From: a virus
Length of the DNA: 64,000 bases
Direction: 5' to 3' (one strand)
Virus record (IMG/VR): IMGVR_UViG_3300032163_000009
Location: 1 to 64,000 of that record
Shown: piece after piece, positions 8,235 to 17,100 of the stretch
Layout: each line of letters opens with the position of its first letter
Position numbering within the stretch: the stretch's first letter is position 1
Program-made: the position numbers and the translations under genes
Notes under the pieces: generated by a model
Database searches by the model: none
What the model saw: only the letters and a program-made list of their open reading frames with translations
Told to the model about the DNA's origin: nothing

Positions 8235-9086
8235 TCACTTGAGGGTAGGATTGCAATTTACACCGATTTCGGTCCACAGATGATCGGGGGATGAAAAAGT
8301 ATAACTCACTTTCAGATTGTCTTTCAGATGCGATAAGTCATTGTCTAGCCGCAGGGCTGATGGCAGCCAACGCCCGATCAAATCGTTCCAAGTGCCGACG
8401 TATAGGCAAGGCGGATAGGTCTTCCCCCCGTCTGCGATTGACCACTGGACTGCATCAACAAAAACCTGCTTAACTGATTCAGTCTGTGTCACATTCCTAT
8501 TTCCGTACCAAACGCTTTCGAGATAACTATTGCCGCTCGATGCACACTTGGTCAGCCTGGCCGTATAGAGAATTTCTGATGCGACGAAACGATAGGCCGA
8601 CGTGTCGCTGATGACTTCGGCTTCGCCTTGCAGAATCCTCGCCATTCTGGTTAGACAGCCATTGATCTTGAGATCATCAGGAATATCCAGCGCGGGCAAG
8701 TTGGCATTTTCAGGCGTCGGCGCCGGTAAGGCTATCGAGGCAACTTCGATCGGTGTCGCGGTAACGATCGGCGTCACCTTTATAATCGGAGCCGAATCAC
8801 TCTTTTTGATTTCGGCAACGGCGGCAGATGGCGTCACCAGCACCGCCGAATGTGCGGCGACTGGAAAGAACACAGACAGCCCAAAGATAGACACAGCAGC
8901 AATCGCCAATATCGCCACCAGAAGCGGAATGATGTTGAGGCTGATCTTTTCTTTGGCCTGCGTCGCGCTGCGATCGGTTCGAGCGCGCCACTCTGTTATC
9001 TTTCGATCGGTTTTGGCGGCACGATACGGATCGATTGAAGGATCGGCGGGTACGGCATGGGTAAGTCGATCGAGGGGTTGAAGCAT
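8235..9086 (-). CDS. membrane-anchored protein, possibly with a SleB/Hydrolase_2-like domain
   Basis: TM helix, P/T-rich linker, CLTRMARILQGEA segment. Confidence 0.5.
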   Translation of the reverse strand: MLQPLDRLTHAVPADPSIDPYRAAKTDRKITEWRARTDRSATQAKEKISLNIIPLLVAILAIAAVSIFGLSVFFPVAAHSAVLVTPSAAVAEIKKSDSAPIIKVTPIVTATPIEVASIALPAPTPENANLPALDIPDDLKINGCLTRMARILQGEAEVISDTSAYRFVASEILYTARLTKCASSGNSYLESVWYGNRNVTQTESVKQVFVDAVQWSIADGGKTYPPCLYVGTWNDLIGRWLPSALRLDNDLSHLKDNLKVSYTFSSPDHLWTEIGVNCNPTLK

Positions 9087-9162
9087 AAGGAAAGTGTATC
9101 ACTGTTTTACTCGCTTGATTCGCCGTCTAACATTTTCTAATCTTTCCAGTTATGTCATACTT

Positions 9163-9203
9163 AAAAGGGCGCGAAGATCATACGATCTTCGCGCCCTCTT
9201 TTT
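9163..9203. terminator. intrinsic terminator after the lysis genes
   Basis: AGGGCGCGAAGATC-ATAC-GATCTTCGCGCCCT flanked by A/T runs. Confidence 0.85.
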
Positions 9204-9298
9204 GTTGTTTTGAGCGGGTCGCGCTGCTATCTGCGGCAGCCCACTGCTCGGGTGTGTTTGCACTGCTAAAACACACCCGCAAGCAGACTTGCAGGCAT

Positions 9299-9856
9299 TC
9301 ATGTAGTCTTTATCGTTTTGGCTGGAATAGCCTCGTCTTGCATGGCTTCCGATTCGGCTTTAATCAGGGTCAGCGCTGCCGCTTGCTTGACAGCGGCCGC
9401 TTGAATCCCCGCGTCCTCTTTAGCGAAGGTATAGATCACTAGCACGACGATCGGCTGCAATGCGCCAATGGCAAACTTGACTGACTCGACTAAATCCGCC
9501 GTGCCGGATTTGGCGACGAAATAAGACACGAGGCTGATCGCATCGTTCACCAGCAGGGTGAGGAACTTGCGCGAATGCAGCAAGCTGACGATCACTGAAC
9601 CGATCGAGCCTTCGAAGGCGTCTACGTCGCCGCTGGCAACATTCTCAATCGAGACGGCATAGATCAACACCAAGAAAGTTGGCTGCAAGGCAGCGATGAG
9701 AAAATTAACATCGGCCTGCAACTCGATCGAACCAGACTTGCCGACGACGAACAGCGCGATCGAGATAATCAGATCGAGCAACATCAGCAAAAACTTTTGG
9801 GAGCGAAGCAGTAAACCGAACGTCGATATTTTTTGGGTGTTCTTTTGAGTGTTCAT
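9299..9856 (-). CDS. holin-like 4-TM protein with internal duplication
   Basis: Two copies of LL.S.KFL.LL..ALQP..LV.IY; lies in the lysis module. Confidence 0.65.
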   Translation of the reverse strand: MNTQKNTQKISTFGLLLRSQKFLLMLLDLIISIALFVVGKSGSIELQADVNFLIAALQPTFLVLIYAVSIENVASGDVDAFEGSIGSVIVSLLHSRKFLTLLVNDAISLVSYFVAKSGTADLVESVKFAIGALQPIVVLVIYTFAKEDAGIQAAAVKQAAALTLIKAESEAMQDEAIPAKTIKTT

Positions 9857-9879
9857 GGTTCTCCTGTTTTAGATAAGCG

Positions 9880-10341
9880 TCAAGTATTCGCGTGACTTAA
9901 TCTTGAAATTTCTTCATCGCGTGCGCGGATGATCTCGCCTAGCCTAACAATTTCAAGTCCCAGTCGCGTCACTTCATTACGACTTTCTTGCAACTTAGTT
10001 GACAGTTCAGAAATGCTTTTGGCGTGTGCACGAATCTCAATGCCCAGCGCCTCGGTGTCGCTGAGGTAGTTTGCCGCCAGCGCCTCATTTTCTTTCTTAT
10101 ACTCTTTCGCGTCAAGCAGAATGGAAGCCCGCAGCGACTCATTGTCCTTGCGGTACTCTTCAATTTGATCGGATAAATGCTCAGCCGTTTCAGTCAGTGT
10201 CTTGATCGCCATAGCATTGTTAAGATTACCTTGAGATCGATCGACGCCCGGTTTATTGCGAGCATTGATCTGCCCCCAAATGGCGGCCAGAGCTGTGATG
10301 AAGCTGCCGATTGCTACCAGTGCAACAAGATCGATGTTCAT
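9880..10341 (-). CDS. TM + coiled-coil lysis-module protein
   Basis: N-terminal TM followed by coiled coil; ATGA overlap. Confidence 0.6.
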   Translation of the reverse strand: MNIDLVALVAIGSFITALAAIWGQINARNKPGVDRSQGNLNNAMAIKTLTETAEHLSDQIEEYRKDNESLRASILLDAKEYKKENEALAANYLSDTEALGIEIRAHAKSISELSTKLQESRNEVTRLGLEIVRLGEIIRARDEEISRLSHANT

Positions 10342-10739
10342 GATTGATTCCTGAAAATCAAAAGGTATAAATTTGTTAGCGCCATCAGCGAGTAAACCGG
10401 CACGGCGGTTACATTTGCGTTTGCAATGGTAATCGTGACTGCGACGCATATCCAAAAAAACGCAGATAGGGCCAGGCTCACCTTCCTGACTACCTTGAAG
10501 CCGTAAGCAACACTCAAGAATGATAGTAAGCCCGCAAACGCTCCCAGACTGCCCCAGACGATCTCGCTATCGGCGGGTGTTGTCATTAGCTGACGCATAA
10601 TGGCAAATGAACTAGACTCAAAAGTGTTCCACCACGGCGATAGAATCCACATGCTGAATAGCGTCAAGATCAACGCTAGAAATAATTCTAGCGCTGACAC
10701 CTCGGATTGACTAAGGATGTATTTTAAGTTGTGCTTCAT
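10338..10739 (-). CDS. 4-TM membrane protein (holin-like)
   Basis: Start MKHNLK overlaps the lysin stop; four hydrophobic segments. Confidence 0.6.
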   Translation of the reverse strand: MKHNLKYILSQSEVSALELFLALILTLFSMWILSPWWNTFESSSFAIMRQLMTTPADSEIVWGSLGAFAGLLSFLSVAYGFKVVRKVSLALSAFFWICVAVTITIANANVTAVPVYSLMALTNLYLLIFRNQS

Positions 10740-13330
10740 ACCGCCTCGATGAAACTGCGTATAGCCCGCAAAATCGCGGGCTGATTCTGCAATGCCCAGT
10801 CGTCGTCTTGCCAGCGATAGAATGCCACGCCCGCGATCGGTTGATGCGCTTGATCGATATTCCATTGATGCAGGTATTTGACGCAGTGATCAATCCAAAC
10901 CGCCCCGGTGTCTTTCGACCAGCCTAACTTCGTTGAGTTGTCCAACCGCTGCGGGTTGGCCTCGGTAATATAGACCGGCAGATGCTTGAAGCGCAGCGGC
11001 ACTTCGGCGAGTGCGGTTTCTACCGCGCGGAAGTGCAGGAACTGCCAGCGCAGCGGATCGTCGCTGAACTTGGCATCGGACGTGATCAAAGTCGGGACGT
11101 TGGCTTGCGTCTTGCTGTGCAAGAACAGCGCACCGGCTCCGCTGATGCCGGTCAATATCTTCCGCCACCAGATTCGATTATCGGCTGGACACGCGGCTGG
11201 CAGCCACGCAAACTGCGGCCCGAAATAAGGATCAAGCGGTGCGGGTCCAAAAGCAACCGCGCGGGTCAGGGCTGCCCACACTCGATTGTAGGAAGCAATA
11301 TAACTTTCGGGCGTGATCGGTTGAATGTCCGCGCCTGGCTTGCCTATATCCGAATCGAAGCCCGGCCATTCTTGCGGGTTGTTAATCTCGTTGCCGTAGA
11401 TAAACGCCGCCGCGCCGGACGCGGGGTTGGCGTTGATCGTCTTGACGATCGCTTGTTCGAAGGCCGCTAGCCGATTCGGGGGCGGCAACGTGCCTGTGCC
11501 GTCGGCATAACCGTAGCCGAGTCGAACGACAACCTTGATTCCGGCTTGGGCGAATTTTGAAAAGTCTAGCGCAACCGGTTGATCGCTCACCTGCACCAGC
11601 GCCACGCACAACCCTTTCAAGTTGTTCTGCTGCATCCAGTCGCCACCGGCTGCATCATGCACGCCAATCAACAGCGGCGCAGCGAGGGGCTGAGGCGGTG
11701 TAATCGGCACAGGCTTTTGAATCTCCATGATCGACATGGGATCGATGACATCGGCCACAGAATAACCGCTCAAGCCATGACCGAGGGCTTGGATATTCAA
11801 ATGCAAATGAACCGCAGTGGTGCCAGTCAGTCCGGCTACACCGATATGCTGGCCGCGCTTAACGACTTGCCCGACCCTCACGTTGAAACTATTGAGATGG
11901 CAGTACCATGAGCGCCAAACTCGATCGGCGACCCGATGCTCGATGATCACATGCTGACCATAGTTTAGCGCTGGCGGTGACGCAAATCTGTCTGTCGCCA
12001 AAACGACCGTGCCATCGGCCACAGCGTAAACCGGCACGCTGGCGTGTTTCACATCGTCAAAGGCATCGAAGTCCGTGCCTTCGTGTAAGTGATTGGCATA
12101 CGCGGCCGGTGCGTTGAAAGGATTGGTCACGCGCAGCGGGATCGTCTCGATCGGCGACGAGATCACAAACGGAACAGGGGCGGGCGGCGGCTGAACCGTT
12201 GAGCCAAATTCTCTGAACTCGATATTGCGCACGCCGCGCGCCCGCAGCCAAGTCTCGATGTTGTCCGTCCAGCCTGATCGCTTGTAGACCACGACCAAAC
12301 TGTCGCTGCCTACTTTGGCCGAAGTGTTAATCACCACGGCATCATCAGCGCTTTGAGAGGCGGTGCCTTTGACTTTATCGCGCAGCGCGTCAAACTCTTT
12401 GACTTCGGCCTCGGTCAATTTCTGCGGAGCGAGATAGAAGATGGAGCGATACAAAGTGGAGGCCGGACTTGGAATCGGCGCAGGCACAGGCACGGTCACG
12501 GGTTGCTTGATGATTGCGGCGGCATACGCTGGCAGAATGGCTTTCAAGTTGGATTCCGAGCCGCCTAACTGAAAGCCGCACGCGCCGATCACATCAGCGT
12601 CGAGAATCAACTGGCTGTCGTATTTAACCATGCTGTCGATCCACTGCGAGCCGTTAGACGTGCCACCTGTGCCGAAACCATTGCCCGATGAAGCCTCGCT
12701 AATGATGATCGGTAACTGTGCATCGATCGGCAGCGCAGCCTTGATTTGTCGATAGCGCAGCGCGTTGTCAAAGTCGAGGCGCGGATCAGCATCTTCCCAA
12801 TAGGCATGCAGCGACAAAATCGCCCCCAACTCTTTGGCGCGACGCAGCGAAGGCAGCAAGTAGGGCAGGACGGATATTTCCGGCGCGCCGGTCGTGAATG
12901 ATCCGTAAGCCAGTTTGAAACCGTTTTGATAGGCGATTTCAAGCGCGGTCAGCATCCACACGTTAAACCATTCGGCTTTGGCCGGAACATCCGGCACAGG
13001 TTCATTCAACGGATCAAACCAATCAGCCGGATTCAAGCGCCAGTTTTGCATGAGCGTTCGCTTGTGCGAGTCGCGTGTCTTGGTCATCCACTCAAGGCAA
13101 TTGGCAACGGGATCGCCTTCGAGAAAACCGGGCGGTGTCCGATTGAACTCATCGGTTTGATAACGATATACCCATTTAGTCGTTGGGCTGAATTGGGCAA
13201 TGTCGCCGCTGATGTCTTCATCGACGGAGTAGATGATGCCGATCGGCCTTCCGCCGTTGGCACACGCTGCCAGCCAGTCTCCGAACCCGTCGCGCTTGCC
13301 GCTTGAAATATGGACGCTGAGTTTGCTCAT
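10736..13330 (-). CDS. multidomain endolysin: GH-like barrel + M23 peptidase + GH-like barrel
   Basis: M23 motifs HEGTDF, YGQHVII, YCHL and HLH. Flanking domains have NEP/LHAY/ISEA and GNEINN/LHSK/ITEA. Confidence 0.85.
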   Translation of the reverse strand: MSKLSVHISSGKRDGFGDWLAACANGGRPIGIIYSVDEDISGDIAQFSPTTKWVYRYQTDEFNRTPPGFLEGDPVANCLEWMTKTRDSHKRTLMQNWRLNPADWFDPLNEPVPDVPAKAEWFNVWMLTALEIAYQNGFKLAYGSFTTGAPEISVLPYLLPSLRRAKELGAILSLHAYWEDADPRLDFDNALRYRQIKAALPIDAQLPIIISEASSGNGFGTGGTSNGSQWIDSMVKYDSQLILDADVIGACGFQLGGSESNLKAILPAYAAAIIKQPVTVPVPAPIPSPASTLYRSIFYLAPQKLTEAEVKEFDALRDKVKGTASQSADDAVVINTSAKVGSDSLVVVYKRSGWTDNIETWLRARGVRNIEFREFGSTVQPPPAPVPFVISSPIETIPLRVTNPFNAPAAYANHLHEGTDFDAFDDVKHASVPVYAVADGTVVLATDRFASPPALNYGQHVIIEHRVADRVWRSWYCHLNSFNVRVGQVVKRGQHIGVAGLTGTTAVHLHLNIQALGHGLSGYSVADVIDPMSIMEIQKPVPITPPQPLAAPLLIGVHDAAGGDWMQQNNLKGLCVALVQVSDQPVALDFSKFAQAGIKVVVRLGYGYADGTGTLPPPNRLAAFEQAIVKTINANPASGAAAFIYGNEINNPQEWPGFDSDIGKPGADIQPITPESYIASYNRVWAALTRAVAFGPAPLDPYFGPQFAWLPAACPADNRIWWRKILTGISGAGALFLHSKTQANVPTLITSDAKFSDDPLRWQFLHFRAVETALAEVPLRFKHLPVYITEANPQRLDNSTKLGWSKDTGAVWIDHCVKYLHQWNIDQAHQPIAGVAFYRWQDDDWALQNQPAILRAIRSFIEAV

Positions 13331-13348
13331 GGTGCTCCGGTTGCCGCT

Positions 13349-13617
13349 TTACTTTTCTTTGGTGTGTGCGGCCTTGGGTGTGACAATCTCGAAATCGACC
13401 AGCACTTCTTGATTGGCATTTTCGGTCATGAACATTGGTGTAGTGAGGCCGCCAAGGTGAATATCCCGCTATTGTTGCCAGCGGCGGCCATGCCTAATGT
13501 TTCTTTCGCGTCTTGCACCAGCGACAGATTGGCACTATAGATAAACGGATTGGTGTCTTTGTCGGCGTTGGTGTTCGGTGTGCGCGAAACAGCGGTGACT
13601 TTGAATTTTGCTTGCAT
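13349..13617 (-). pseudogene. small phage protein with an apparent 1-nt frameshift
   Basis: MQAKFKVT..NNSG continues in another frame as IHLGGLTTPMFMTENANQEVLVDFEIVTPKAAHTKEK*. Confidence 0.55.
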
Positions 13618-13638
13618 GATATATTCTCCTGTGAAAAA

Positions 13639-14073
13639 TTAAGGACGCCTCGCGCTTCGCCGCGCGGCAGCGGGTTGTGCTTTCGGTTGATCCACTACCT
13701 GCACGTCTTCGGATTCAAAGACGATGCCTAGCTGCTCATAGAGATCGGCAATCTCTTTTCGCATTTGAAGCCATTGACCTTTCGGCCACACATATTCTTT
13801 GACGAGGCCGATTAGAAATTCGACCAAGTTGCGGTCCTTGATCTCTACCTTGAAGCGGTGTTCCTTGTCTTTCCACGAATACGCGGTGATGTCACGCCCA
13901 TCGGTGAGACGGGTTTCAGTTTGAGACCACCCGACCAAATCCCGATCCCGATCACTGAGTTCAATCAAATCCAGCAATCGACTGGCCTTGTGCATGATAC
14001 GGGCGGACGGTGCAATGTCGCCAACAATCGTAGCCAGGTTCACGCGCTGCCAAGTATTCAAAAGCAATTCCAT
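13639..14073 (-). CDS. hypothetical protein
   Basis: GAGG RBS, behind a promoter. Confidence 0.7.
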   Translation of the reverse strand: MELLLNTWQRVNLATIVGDIAPSARIMHKASRLLDLIELSDRDRDLVGWSQTETRLTDGRDITAYSWKDKEHRFKVEIKDRNLVEFLIGLVKEYVWPKGQWLQMRKEIADLYEQLGIVFESEDVQVVDQPKAQPAAARRSARRP

Positions 14074-14113
14074 TATTTTCCCTCACTGAAATTTAGGATA
14101 GACTGCCGCTTAG

Positions 14114-14142
14114 ATTCTATGCCTAATTCTGTGCGGTGTCAA
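14114..14142 (-). promoter_or_regulatory. sigma70-type promoter for the lysis module
   Basis: TTGACA-17-TAGAAT. Confidence 0.8.
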
Positions 14143-14150
14143 TCGGCTGG

Positions 14151-17100
14151 TTACGAACCCAAATTCCACACCCTCACCGTGCAATGCCAGGTCACGTTGT
14201 TGTTAAGCGCCCCAGTAATTCTTACCCGCGCCGTCGCCCCCGTCACATCGATCGTAGCATCCCAACCCGCCTGACTTTCTCCGAGAACGGTGGTTGTTGC
14301 CGAACCAACAATTGCCGTAGTCGGCGTACTGTTGCACTTGATAACGGCATAGACCACATATCCGGCGCTGTCATTGGGTGCGCCACTACTGCCGCCAGTT
14401 CTGCGCGCGGTTATCACTGCTTCAATTACACACGTCGTTGATGCGGCCACAGTGACAGTATGAAGCGTTGTTACAGTGGCATCGGTGGTCGCCGCCCGAT
14501 TCTGGTAGATGTTCTCAGTTGGATCATCATTGGTTGCCGTTGAAATATAAGTTTGAACAGCATTCCCCAGTGTGTCTTGCTGCACCTTGATCTCGCCGGT
14601 GCCTGCGCCAGTGGCTGAGCCGATATTAAGGCCACCCGTAATAATGCTGCTGCCTCGGACATCGAGCATTGCCGCTGGTGTGTCGAGTGCACCAATAACC
14701 AACCCGTCAAAAGTGCCTGCACTGGAATACAATTGTGCGCGGCTAGTGCTTGACCCGTTGCTGGTAAGATTAAAAAATGCTTGCACCGTTCCAGTTATAT
14801 TCGTGGTTTCAATAACAACGGTGGCAGATTCGGTAGCGGTCTTACTTAGTGCTTCAATAACTATCTGCGCATTTGTTCCGGCATACGTTGTCAGTACACG
14901 ACTTATATTCACTCCCCCATTGAACCAATGGACACCGTGAGTTGTTCCAGTTGCCGATGTAGCCGCGATTGATATTCCGGTAGAGTTCAGCGTAACATCT
15001 CCGCCACCTGCCGAGATTGAACCATCCGTATCCACATACGCCTGCACCGTCGTATTCCCTCGAAACTCCAACCGGTTATTCGACGTATTCCAATAAGCAT
15101 TTCCTTTCGATGCACCCACCACGCCCAGCGTCACATTGCCGCTTGTATCGACCGAAAAGTAAGTAGCGTCCACCGCGCCAGCCGATCGCGCAATAATGCT
15201 GATTGCACCGGCTGACACCTCCACGCGGCTTTGCGAATTTGCCACTTGCCCGACGATCACTTTGCCGCTCGTGTCCAGTTGCATATTGACCGTCGTATTG
15301 GTGCGGAACTGCGCCGCGCCGGCCGTGATCAAAATGTTGGACAACGACGCCCCCACCGCGCCGATGGTGATCACGCCCGCCGTGCTCATACTCATCTGCG
15401 TCGTATCCACCCCGCCGCCGCTGCGTGAAATGAAATTGACTGCGCCGGCTGTAATCTCAACCCGACTCAGTGAATTGGCGACTGTGCCCACCACAATGTT
15501 GCCGCTGGTGTCCAATGACAAATTAACGGTGGTGTTCGTGCGCAACTGCACCGCGCCCGCCGTGATGTATACATTGCTCAGTGATGCGCCGACTGCACCG
15601 ACAGTGATGTTCCCGCTGCCGTCCCACTGGCCGATCGTGGTGACGTTGTTAATAATCCGCAGCCCGTTCGTCGTGTCGAGCGTGATCGACGTTTGACCCG
15701 CTACTCCATACGAACCAAACCCTACGCCATAAGTATTTACGACATAGCCATAAGCCCCGTTTAAGTTACCGAGCCGCGTCAGCAAGGTCGTCGTGCTCCA
15801 CGGTGAACCGGCATGCGTGCCCATCGAGATATTCGGCGCAGAGCCAATCGTTCCATCGCTGCTCAACGAAATCCAAGATGAGCCACTTGCGCCGTAATCC
15901 ACCACTGCCGCACCTGCGGGAAAAGTCGCTGAACTGCCATTCATCAACGAGACATTGTAGGTGTAATACGTCACGCCGTTGCTGGTATTGATCGCATTGT
16001 CCACGCGCAACCAATTGTCTACCACGGCTGAACCGGTGAACGCCTTGAGGCGCAGAATATCACCGGCTGCGAATAAAGGCAGATGACCAGTTGGTGAATC
16101 TTTCACTTGAATCTGAGCGCCCGAACCATCTTGTAATGAACCAAGCCAGCGATGCTCGTTGTTCGTTCCACGCGGCCAGATCGTCAGGTTGTCAAATGTG
16201 TTGCTGGTATTAGTGCTATACAGGCCATGCAATGTGTAAGTCGAAGCAGGCACAGTGACAACGCCGAGCGCGACCTTAACATTATTGTAATAAAGTAACC
16301 CATTGGTGCCGTCGATAATCAACCGCAGCACCGCTCCCGCACTGTAAGTGGCCGCCGCACTGATCAAATTGGTTGTGACGCCCGCGACCACCTTATCCAA
16401 CTTCGCGTTCGTGCCATCATGATAGGCGATTAGATAGTTGCTTGTATCCTGCCAACGTGCCACGATCCCAGCCACGCCACCAGCACGAGTAACCGCCACA
16501 TCAATAATCGCGTCAGCGCACAGTGAATTAACGGTCGCAAAGCCATTGCCGCCACTCAACGTTGGACAATAAGCTGCATTCGTTGAAATTCCCCATGTGC
16601 CAACTTGTGCCGTATAGGCCAGTGCACTGATTATCTGCGAGTCCGGCCCGCTCGTTTCGGTGCTCGTCAGAGTGACCGCGCTATTCGCGCGCGCGAACGT
16701 ATCGTAGGCGCACGGCGCTGGAATATACAACTGAGTCGGGATTCGGAAATCATCAAAGGTCGCCACGCCGGTGTTGCCTTCATCCTGAATGGTTGGATAC
16801 AAATTCGCAGTGCCCGCCGACGACACCCAAACCAATGACCAATTCGTGTAAATGCCACCTTTGATGAAATACCATGCACCTGTTGATCGCAACACGACTG
16901 CCATTTGATAATCTGTGCCCGAAGACAGATTTGCACCCACCGCCTTTCCCGACGAATTGTCGCGTATGCTTAGTCCACCGCCACCACCAGAATTTTGATA
17001 AATAGTCGCAATAGGTGAAGTCGATGCAGTTTGATCACTATCCCAACCCATTGAGAGTGATCCGGCTGTCGTGAAATTATAGGTTCCTAATATGGCCAAA

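Noticed and set aside
9878-9888. CGTCAAGTAT matches (also ~34111) to the IS1595-like end
   Set aside because: Both are just AAT ACT TGA gene ends on the minus strand and lack the terminal GCC.
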